Notes under the pieces: model-generated
Told to the model about the DNA's origin: nothing
Databases searched by the model: none
What the model saw: the letters and a program-made list of their open reading frames with translations, nothing else
Shown: positions 7,287 to 14,295 of the stretch, piece by piece
How positions within the stretch are numbered: the stretch's first letter is position 1
Layout: every line of letters begins with the position of its first letter
Position numbers and translations under genes: made by a program
Assembly (NCBI GenBank): GCA_947085205.1
Contig: CAMTVO010000046.1
Location: forward strand, 1 to 16,895
Length of the DNA: 16,895 nucleotides
Source of the DNA: an uncultured Nitrospiraceae bacterium
GTDB lineage: Bacteria; Nitrospirota; Thermodesulfovibrionia; Thermodesulfovibrionales; Dissulfurispiraceae
Direction: 5' to 3'

Positions 7287-8334
7287 GATACTCATCAAGA
7301 TTAACATCTTTCTTTGCCAATTTTCTAATGTCTTTCGGCCTGAATGCGCCCTTTTCAGTGATAATTGCCGTCACATATTTTGCCGGCGTAACATCAAATG
7401 CCAAGTTTATTACTTTTACCCCTTCAGGCGCAACCCTATGCCCCCAGATTGTTGTTACCTCTTCAGGATGGCGCTCTTCGATGGGGATAAGCTCTCCTGA
7501 GTTCATGCTGAAATCTATACTGCTTGTCGGTGCTGCAACATAAAAGGGTATGCCGTGCTCTTTGCACAGCACAGCAACAGTATATGTCCCTATCTTATTT
7601 GCCACATCCCCATTCCTTGTTGTCCTGTCTGTTCCCACAATTGCGAGGTCTATCATCCCCTTTTTCATCAATGCGCCTGCTGTATTGTCCGTTATCAATG
7701 TAACCGGAACTCCTGCCTGCATCAGCTCCCATGCGGTAAGCCTCGCTCCCTGAAGCACCGGCCTGGTCTCGTCTGCTATTACTTGTATTTTCTTGCCCTG
7801 TTCTATTGCGACAAATATCGGGGCTGTTGCCGTGCCGTATCCGCCTGTTGCAAGACTTCCTGCATTGCAGTGAGTGAGAACTGTATCGCCGTCTTTTATA
7901 AACTGCGCTCCCCACCTTCCTATTGCCTTATTAACTTCAATGTCTTCCTCATGTATTTTTTTTGCCTCTTCAATGAGAAGTTCCTTTAACCGATTAACCG
8001 ATTCACCCCTTCTCTCTTTCAAAAGCCTTCTTATCCTCTCAACAGCCCATTTTATATTTACTGCCGTAGGCCTTGTTGAAAGCATGACATCAAATATGGT
8101 CTCTATGCCTTTTATGAAGTCCCTGTAATTCTTTGCCGTTATATCCTGTGCGCCGAGAGCTATCCCCATCGCCGCTGCTATGCCGATTGCAGGCGCGCCT
8201 CTTATCCAGAGTTTTTTTATGCCCTCGGCAATGATATGATAATCAGCGCACTCAATGAACTTCACTTCCACAGGAAGCCTGCTCTGGTTAAGCATCATAA
8301 CTTTCCCGTCTTTCCACTCTATTGCTTTTACCAT
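7273..8334 (-). CDS. mtnA: S-methyl-5-thioribose-1-phosphate isomerase
   Basis: IRGAPAIG, TRPTAVN, LTHCNAGSLATGGYGTA, ETRPVLQGARLTAWEL, GDVANKIGTY, FDVTP. Start placed at ATG 8334 (GGAG 7 nt upstream). Confidence 0.97.
   Translation of the reverse strand: MVKAIEWKDGKVMMLNQSRLPVEVKFIECADYHIIAEGIKKLWIRGAPAIGIAAAMGIALGAQDITAKNYRDFIKGIETIFDVMLSTRPTAVNIKWAVERIRRLLKERRGESVNRLKELLIEEAKKIHEEDIEVNKAIGRWGAQFIKDGDTVLTHCNAGSLATGGYGTATAPIFVAIEQGKKIQVIADETRPVLQGARLTAWELMQAGVPVTLITDNTAGALMKKGMIDLAIVGTDRTTRNGDVANKIGTYTVAVLCKEHGIPFYVAAPTSSIDFSMNSGELIPIEERHPEEVTTIWGHRVAPEGVKVINLAFDVTPAKYVTAIITEKGAFRPKDIRKLAKKDVNLDEYQVKV
8309..8328. repeat. Left 20-bp direct repeat of the defence island (within mtnA 5' end)
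   Basis: tctttccactctattgcttt, identical to 16335-16354. Confidence 0.9.
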
Positions 8335-8425
8335 TAAAATCTCCATGAATTCATCATATTAAAACCGTCCTGTCTTTAATGAAAATAATATATATTTCTA
8401 TTTTAACTAATTCTTAATGTTTTAT

Positions 8426-8462
8426 CCTTCCAACCTCGCCTCAAGCTCTGATTTGAAATCCC
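8426..8462. repeat. 37-bp direct repeat, copy 1 (duplicate of res 3' end)
   Basis: ccttccaacctcgcctcaagctctgatttgaaatccc, identical to 10848-10884. Confidence 0.95.
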
Positions 8463-8467
8463 GAAGG

Positions 8468-8592
8468 AATTTCCGAGACAGCGTTTCGGAAATTCCAGAC
8501 ACTGTCTGGGAAATTGGAGTCAATTCTGCACGCAGTGTGTGCATTTTCTTTTGGATTTTTTCTGGCAATTCTGCACACGGTGTGTGCAGAAT
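8468..8592. repeat. Four tandem palindromes with 3-nt centres inside the DUF1016 fragment
   Basis: AATTTCCGAGAC-AGC-GTTTCGGAAATT (8468-8494), CCAGAC-ACT-GTCTGG (8495-8509), TGCACGC-AGT-GTGTGCA (8527-8543), ATTCTGCACAC-GGT-GTGTGCAGAAT (8568-8592). Confidence 0.88.
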
Positions 8593-8939
8593 CTCTTTAT
8601 AAGTAATATAGAACTGCCTCATATGCCAAAGATTTCTCTCTGTAAATCCCTTGCCAAATTGTGGGGTTAAGTCAGCCGATATCTTTTTAAGTAACGCCTC
8701 TCCATATTCTGCCCTTTCCTTACCCTTCTGCTCAAACTCCACAATCTCTCTGCCAATCTCATAATATGCAAGCACCTGCGACTTGTTGATCTGCCGAACA
8801 GCAGTTGCCCTTGCAGAATGGATAATTTCAGCAAGGCGTTTAAACAGCGTGCTATATTTGCTGTGTTTTATTTTTCCGGTCAAAACTTTTCTCCTGTGTC
8901 CGTCATCTCTCTCCCCTTATCCTGTAATCTTGCCTCAAC

Positions 8940-8987
8940 ATCCGAGCCGTGAGTTCAGGATAGGGTTGTCAACGGCAAGGGACATTA
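8940..8987 (-). repeat. 48-bp cassette-boundary repeat A (mini-ORF MSLAVDNPILNSRLGC*, 8935-8985)
   Basis: 41/48 identical to 9664-9711; preceded by RBS-like AAGGAAAGG. Confidence 0.88.
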
Positions 8988-8997
8988 GCCTTTCCTT

Positions 8998-9402
8998 CTA
9001 CGAGTATCTCTTTAAAAATTCATCAACAGTGATGATTTCAATTCCACTGTAGGTTTTCAGCTTCAGAAGATGGGAATCACCGCTCACAATAAGCCTTGCA
9101 TTTCCGTCTATCGCAAGATTTATAAATACATTGTCCGAAGGGTCATCATTTACAGGATGCTCTCTTGAAGAGACATCAATATTCTTTCCTAAACTTTCGA
9201 GGTCTAAAACGACATGGTATATCTCATCAGCATCGAGTCCGAACTTCTTTGATAAAACCCTGACAAGTTCATCCTTTGTCTCTTTGCAGATCAACAGCCT
9301 TAACTTGGCAGACTTTATGATCCGCAATGCTTGACGGGGTTTTCCCTTCCACAAATATCCCAATATAAGGACATTTGTGTCGAATACAATTGTTTCTTTC
9401 AC
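8998..9402 (-). CDS. PIN-domain toxin (PIN_3 / VapC-like)
   Basis: IVFDTNVLI, DDPSDNVFINLA, IVSGDSHLLKL; GTGA overlap with the upstream small gene. Confidence 0.92.
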   Translation of the reverse strand: MKETIVFDTNVLILGYLWKGKPRQALRIIKSAKLRLLICKETKDELVRVLSKKFGLDADEIYHVVLDLESLGKNIDVSSREHPVNDDPSDNVFINLAIDGNARLIVSGDSHLLKLKTYSGIEIITVDEFLKRYS

Positions 9403-9623
9403 TTGCTCTTTCTGACCTCACTCACTATCTTCTCGACTTCCTTCAAACTCATTGGTGCAATCTTTTTCCTTTTGGCCACCTCATCCATATAGGAAAAGAT
9501 ATCTCTTTCCTCTTTGGCTGGAAACACGATAACCTCAACCTTGCTTCCGGGTTTAAAAGGGAGGGGTTTAACGGTAACGCTTTTATCCCTCTCAACCTCT
9601 ATAAGTTTCTTTATTGCCTTCAT
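9399..9623 (-). CDS. Probable antitoxin of the PIN toxin
   Basis: 74 aa, RBS AAAGGAGG, 4-nt overlap with the PIN gene, LPFKPGSKVEVIV beta motif and EVEKIVSEVRK tail. Function inferred from position. Confidence 0.75.
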   Translation of the reverse strand: MKAIKKLIEVERDKSVTVKPLPFKPGSKVEVIVFPAKEERDIFSYMDEVAKRKKIAPMSLKEVEKIVSEVRKSK

Positions 9624-9663
9624 CTTTGGCCTCCTTTAATTTCTCTGTTTATATATTACCAGT

Positions 9664-9711
9664 ATCTAAGCCGTGATTTCAGGATTGGGTCATCAACGGC
9701 AAGTGACATTA
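9664..9711 (-). repeat. 48-bp cassette-boundary repeat B (mini-ORF MSLAVDDPILKSRLRYW*, 9656-9709)
   Basis: 41/48 identical to 8940-8987; its ATG overlaps the DUF86 stop (TAATG). Confidence 0.88.
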
Positions 9712-10050
9712 TTTGACCATACCCTTCAGTATTTCTTGAATAACCGGTTTAACCTGTGGAATAACATCTTTGATTGTATGCCATACGAGATCATATTTAA
9801 TACCGAAGTAAAAGTGGATTAATCTGTCCCTCATGCCTGCCATTTCTTTCCATGGAACTTGAGGATATTTATTTCTTATCGTTTCCGGCAATCCTTTTGC
9901 GGCTTCACCAATGATTTCAAACTTCCTGATAACAGCGCTTGATACCATATCGTTTTTCTGAAAGTCTTCAAAGTCCATGTTTTCAACAAACTTTTCAATG
10001 GCCTGCATTGCCTCTAAAATATCCTTTAGATAAAGGGCATAATCTCTCAT
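9709..10050 (-). CDS. hepT: DUF86 / HepT-like HEPN ribonuclease toxin
   Basis: YLKDILEA, AVIRKFEIIGEA, PWKEMAGMRDRLIHFYFG (RX4HXY motif). Confidence 0.93.
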   Translation of the reverse strand: MRDYALYLKDILEAMQAIEKFVENMDFEDFQKNDMVSSAVIRKFEIIGEAAKGLPETIRNKYPQVPWKEMAGMRDRLIHFYFGIKYDLVWHTIKDVIPQVKPVIQEILKGMVK

Positions 10051-10355
10051 AAATATGCCGCCTCTTTTAATATGCTGTCTTTAATTTCCATTCTGAGAGC
10101 GCTTTCAGGGACAACATCAACACTGCAACTCAATTTCTCCTCAAGGAATAAAGAGAGTCCTGTAAAATCTAAAAGGTTGGCTCCCTCATCGAATTCTACC
10201 AATACATCAATATCGCTCCCTTCTTTTTGCTCGCCTTTTACATAAGAGCCGAAAATGCCCTTTATCTCAGCCCTGTATTTCTGCCTGACCTCTGCTTTAA
10301 GTCCGTTTAGAACCTGAAGAATCTCGGATGCAGACATTGCCTTTACATCACTCAT
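10047..10355 (-). CDS. mntA: Minimal nucleotidyltransferase antitoxin (MntA-like)
   Basis: GIFGSYVKGEQKEGSDIDVLVEF (GSX10DXD), VDVV; ATGA overlap with the HEPN gene; RBS AAGGAGG. Confidence 0.93.
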   Translation of the reverse strand: MSDVKAMSASEILQVLNGLKAEVRQKYRAEIKGIFGSYVKGEQKEGSDIDVLVEFDEGANLLDFTGLSLFLEEKLSCSVDVVPESALRMEIKDSILKEAAYL

Positions 10356-10411
10356 TTTAGCCTCCTTAGTGTCGGCTTTATTTATAAATTTTAACCTTTC
10401 CCTTTCATAAT

Positions 10412-10440
10412 CTCAATATCTGAGCCTCTGCACCTTCAGG
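10412..10440 (-). repeat. Degenerate partial copy C of the cassette-boundary repeat
   Basis: ctcaatatctgagcc (10412-10426) matches ctcaacatccgagcc (8934-8948) at 13/15, followed by the shared ttcagg after a 3-nt indel. Confidence 0.55.
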
Positions 10441-10504
10441 TAATATGCATGTGCCCTTTTGATCTCGCCAGACAAAATAAATATACCTGTCCTATTTTTT
10501 ATTC

Positions 10505-10819
10505 TCACAGTGTGTAGCGTTTTTCAATATCTCCATAAATCAGATAAAACTGACGAATTGCTCTTAAGTGAGGTTCGCCCCAACCCTTGCCAAATTGTTT
10601 AGTCAAATCTCCAGAAAGACGCTTGAGCAAAGCCTCGCCATACTCTGCCCGTTCCTTCCCCTTCTGCTCATACTCCACAACCCTCCTTCCAACAAGCCAG
10701 TAAGTAGCCACCAGCGCGGTATTCACATACCGCACCGCTGTTCTGCGTCCCTGATCAATCAGCGATGCAAGGTCTGTGACAAGCGTGGAGTATTTATTGG
10801 TCTTTGTACTCTTTTTCAT
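10505..10819 (-). pseudogene. Truncated DUF1016 (YhcG-like) N-terminal fragment
   Basis: VNTALVATYWLVGRRVVEYEQKGKERAEYG...FGKGW...RQFY; stops abruptly at KRYTL. Confidence 0.82.
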
Positions 10820-10843
10820 TCACTGCCTTTTTCAATCATTTCT

Positions 10844-13354
10844 TCAACCTTCCAACCTCGCCTCAAGCTCTGATTTGAAATCCCTGTAAGTCTTTTCCCT
10901 TAAGGCCTTAAAAAACAAATCATAACTCATTGGGGATAGAAATTTGAAGTAATAATTGTGTTCTTTTTGCAGTCTATTAAGCCTGTTAAAATGTTCTTTT
11001 GCAAACTCAAGTTTTTTCCTGTTTTCATCCCCCGTAACCCCTTCATGTGCCTTGTCATCTTTAATTTCTACTATGAGGATATCATTCTTAACTTTGATAA
11101 AAAAATCAGGGTTAAAACTTCCTTGTTTTGGATGTTCTCCTTTTCTCCATGAATAATCTATTTTATAAAAACCTACATCAAGGGATTTTATCCATGTATC
11201 AATTGCTTTAGCGTTTTCTTCCTTAATCAAGCCCTGTATAAATTTTCTTTCAGGTTTATAGGATGATAAGACCACATTGAGAGGGGTTTTGAAGTTGTAA
11301 CGATTCTCGATCTTGACAATATCAATAAGTTCGCCATCCTCTTTCATTTCAACCAGTTCATTCAAGAGTTTTCTATCTCCTTCCTCTCCTGATAAGAGGG
11401 AGTAATCGTTCCAAAATACCGTGTTATCACCCCGTAAAGCTCTTATACCTACACTGTTCTTATTCATATTTTCAGTGCTGATTTTATAGGGTTCTTTCGA
11501 TTTTGGCACTATCCTTGGAAATGTGCTACTTTTCCTTTTAATAACACCAAAAGCCTGTAATGTTTTCTGTCTATTTTCTTCACTAATCATACCTGTCTTA
11601 TCGTTTACTTCTTGTAAAGATCGCAGGATAATCTTGGTAATTTTTTCTTTGGGCCATTCCCTGCAATAGTTAGTCCCTGCATCCTGATCAAAAATATATA
11701 GTCTATTAAAAATGTCGTTAGCCACCTCTTTAACTGGATACATTGTATGTGCAATGAAATATTCTTTTTTCTCTTTTATACCAGTTATCGCCATCTCATA
11801 CTCTGTCTCTTCCGAGATAATCTCAGCCTGACTGGAATAAGTAATATATCCTTTTTTAAGCAGTTCAAATTCACCTTCTTTCGGATATTCCTTGCTTTCT
11901 TCTATTATCTTTTCATAATCAATTTGGTACAGGTCAAAGTTATAATTCTCTTTCTTTTTTACTGGATACGATGATATTCGTTTCTCAATTTCCAAAACCT
12001 CATCTACCAGATGCTTAATACTATTTGACCATTTATCGTGATTGAAGACTGTAACAACCGGCTGTTCACCTTTATATATTTCCGGTATCCTTAAACCCCT
12101 TCCCAAAACCTGCGCAATAAGAAGTTTTGAATTAAATGCTCTCTCCTCGTGTGGGACAATCTGAAATACATTTTTAACATCCCAGCCTTCTGAAAGCATA
12201 CTGACTGAGGTAATCCACTCAACAGGATTATCCTTGTCATCAACTCTTTGTAATATCGGGATATTATTCTTGTGTTCATTGGCAGAAGTAACAATTAAAA
12301 CCTTCTCTGCTGCTTTATCTTTACTGATTTTTTCCTTTTTGGAAAGAAATGCAATTAGTTTATCAGTTAGCCGTTTGCATGCCGCAATGTTTTTTGTGAC
12401 CAAGATAGTGATAGGTTTTACCTTCCGGTATTTTACTTTCTTGTTCTCAATATGATTTTCGTAAATTTTCTGAAACTTCTCGTTTTCATTTCCTGATGAG
12501 TCCTCTGCAACATAACGGATGGATTTAACAAATTTTGTTTCTATGGAATCCCTCAGAGAAAAGCGATGAATGACATCGGTGAAATAATCATCGCCAATAT
12601 AACAGGTGCCTGAAAGATTAACGATATATTTAAAACCATATTTTGGGTCAAGCAAGAACTCCTTCCATTTTTTAAGCGCTGTATCAGATGGACTCATCAA
12701 ATGATGGGCTTCATCGTTTAATACCAGTGTCTGTTCGCCTTTTCCCGCAAGGCTGTCTTCAATAGCGGATTTAGTATTAATGTAAGTGGCATGGATGTTT
12801 TCAATGCAAATATCTTCCTTTTGAATAGTATTTGATGCATTGATAATGCGAGGATTGATTATCTTAGAATCAGATGGCAGGAGGTCTTTTAGTGTTCTGT
12901 CAGAAGAAAGACCTCGAAACTTTTCTGTTAAACCTGTTTCAATAGTATTTGAAGGGCAAAGAACTAAAACTCTATTAATCGCTCCTTCAGCAAGCATGAT
13001 GCGTGCGATGCCATACATTACATAACTTTTTCCAGTAGCTGTTGCATGCTCAAGAGAACAGGAAAGTTTATCTGGCAATTGCAGGTAACTTACAAAGTCA
13101 TCAAAAGATGAATATTTTTCCTGAAGTTTTGGATTCCTGTGATAATTTTCCTCTGCCAAGTCTTTGAGGTTTTTGTATTCACCGCCCAAAAAGTATCGCA
13201 GTGTCTCTCTGATTGCCTCTTTCTGATATTCCCTGTCACCGCAGAGGGCATCCAGAAAAGGCTCGTATTTGTTTGGCTCAAATTTGTTAGGATTGTAATT
13301 AGGGGATACTTTGAGGACTAAGTCTTTATTTTGAAAAGTCTGGCGGTCAAGCAT
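10844..13354 (-). CDS. res: Type III-like restriction endonuclease subunit (SF2 helicase plus PD-(D/E)XK nuclease)
   Basis: REYQKEAI, ATATGKS, DEAH, MLSEGWDV, QVLGRGLR, FNPDFF...VEIK. Start placed at ATG 13354, just after the upstream stop. Confidence 0.92.
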   Translation of the reverse strand: MLDRQTFQNKDLVLKVSPNYNPNKFEPNKYEPFLDALCGDREYQKEAIRETLRYFLGGEYKNLKDLAEENYHRNPKLQEKYSSFDDFVSYLQLPDKLSCSLEHATATGKSYVMYGIARIMLAEGAINRVLVLCPSNTIETGLTEKFRGLSSDRTLKDLLPSDSKIINPRIINASNTIQKEDICIENIHATYINTKSAIEDSLAGKGEQTLVLNDEAHHLMSPSDTALKKWKEFLLDPKYGFKYIVNLSGTCYIGDDYFTDVIHRFSLRDSIETKFVKSIRYVAEDSSGNENEKFQKIYENHIENKKVKYRKVKPITILVTKNIAACKRLTDKLIAFLSKKEKISKDKAAEKVLIVTSANEHKNNIPILQRVDDKDNPVEWITSVSMLSEGWDVKNVFQIVPHEERAFNSKLLIAQVLGRGLRIPEIYKGEQPVVTVFNHDKWSNSIKHLVDEVLEIEKRISSYPVKKKENYNFDLYQIDYEKIIEESKEYPKEGEFELLKKGYITYSSQAEIISEETEYEMAITGIKEKKEYFIAHTMYPVKEVANDIFNRLYIFDQDAGTNYCREWPKEKITKIILRSLQEVNDKTGMISEENRQKTLQAFGVIKRKSSTFPRIVPKSKEPYKISTENMNKNSVGIRALRGDNTVFWNDYSLLSGEEGDRKLLNELVEMKEDGELIDIVKIENRYNFKTPLNVVLSSYKPERKFIQGLIKEENAKAIDTWIKSLDVGFYKIDYSWRKGEHPKQGSFNPDFFIKVKNDILIVEIKDDKAHEGVTGDENRKKLEFAKEHFNRLNRLQKEHNYYFKFLSPMSYDLFFKALREKTYRDFKSELEARLEG
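10848..10884. repeat. 37-bp direct repeat, copy 2 (true res 3' end)
   Basis: Identical to 8426-8462. Confidence 0.95.
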
Positions 13355-13356
13355 AA

Positions 13357-14295
13357 CTAACAACTCTCTAAGAAATTCAGTTGGTCTTTATTACAGAAAG
13401 TTAGTATTCGTTCATCATAAAATTGATTCTTTTGTGTAAAAATACTTTTATTTATGATTTCTTTTTTGGCTAATTTGTTTTTAGGAAAAAAAGAAGCGGC
13501 ATATTTTTTATAATAAATGCTCTTAAATTTCCTACCACCCATAATTACTTTAGGAAGGTCGGCATTAACAAGTATCTCAGCAACTTTACACTTTCCCTCA
13601 TGATTTGAGGTATTATCTAACACTTGGCTGATACCACCGATAGTCAGGTCAACATATTGTATTATGTGGCTTTCGTCCTTATACTTTGCTTCGTCATCGT
13701 GATTAGAGTCCACTTCTGTAATTTCTAAGCTCTTGAAAGTAAAAGCAATGGGTTCACCTTGTATAACTGCTTTGAAATTTATTTCTGCAATGGGCTGTGA
13801 GTGGAATTTATCTTGTGGGGTTCTACTTTTTGTATCAGAAAAGATATTTTGTATCACAACTTTTTTAAAGCCAGCATTTTGATTTAGAAAAAACCATTTG
13901 ATTGCCCCATATAATCCTATTTGAAAAAAGCGATTGTAAATCTTAAAATCCTTTGTTTTTGTATTCCAAAGGTCTTTTGCAAGGTTGGTATAATTCACAC
14001 CTAAAAGGTAAAAGTAGGTACTGTTATGTAAAGAGTTACAAAATAGATTAGCCCATCTTATAGCGAGGTCATTCATAGTTCGTGTATCTTTTAAATTAGA
14101 AAAGCGTATCTCTTTTTCCCATGTGCTCGCTGCCCTTTCCTTCTCAAGTGTGTCTATTAGTTGTTTTTTAAACCCAATAGGAACGAATAAGAAACCATGA
14201 TATAGCCATCTCTTTGGAATTTCCCGTTCATCATGGTAAACAAAACATCTAATCTCTTTCGGCAAATTTACATTACCAAAAATATCATGGCTCAT
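13357..14295 (-). CDS. Hypothetical protein, DUF3800-like, between mod and res
   Basis: 312 aa, AT-rich. N-terminal FVYHDE, central FSD and C-terminal DS...IIQYVDL resemble the DUF3800 DE...QxxD pattern. ATGA overlap with mod. Confidence 0.7.
   Translation of the reverse strand: MSHDIFGNVNLPKEIRCFVYHDEREIPKRWLYHGFLFVPIGFKKQLIDTLEKERAASTWEKEIRFSNLKDTRTMNDLAIRWANLFCNSLHNSTYFYLLGVNYTNLAKDLWNTKTKDFKIYNRFFQIGLYGAIKWFFLNQNAGFKKVVIQNIFSDTKSRTPQDKFHSQPIAEINFKAVIQGEPIAFTFKSLEITEVDSNHDDEAKYKDESHIIQYVDLTIGGISQVLDNTSNHEGKCKVAEILVNADLPKVIMGGRKFKSIYYKKYAASFFPKNKLAKKEIINKSIFTQKNQFYDERILTFCNKDQLNFLESC

Larger units (their letters stand above)
8422..8883 (-). pseudogene. Truncated DUF1016 (YhcG-like) N-terminal domain fused to a duplicated res C-terminus
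   Basis: YYEIGREIVEFEQKGKERAEYG...FGKGFTERNLWHMRQFY; the C-terminal PD-(D/E)XK domain is missing; ends DFKSELEARLEG like Res. TTG start with AGGAG RBS. Confidence 0.8.

Noticed and set aside
8468..8592. CRISPR array
   Set aside because: The palindromes are non-identical, lack regular spacers, lie in a coding frame, and there are no cas genes.
8900..10500. Classical integron attC sites
   Set aside because: I found no RYYYAAC...GTTRRRY-bounded palindromes at the cassette ends and no intI; the boundaries are direct repeats instead.
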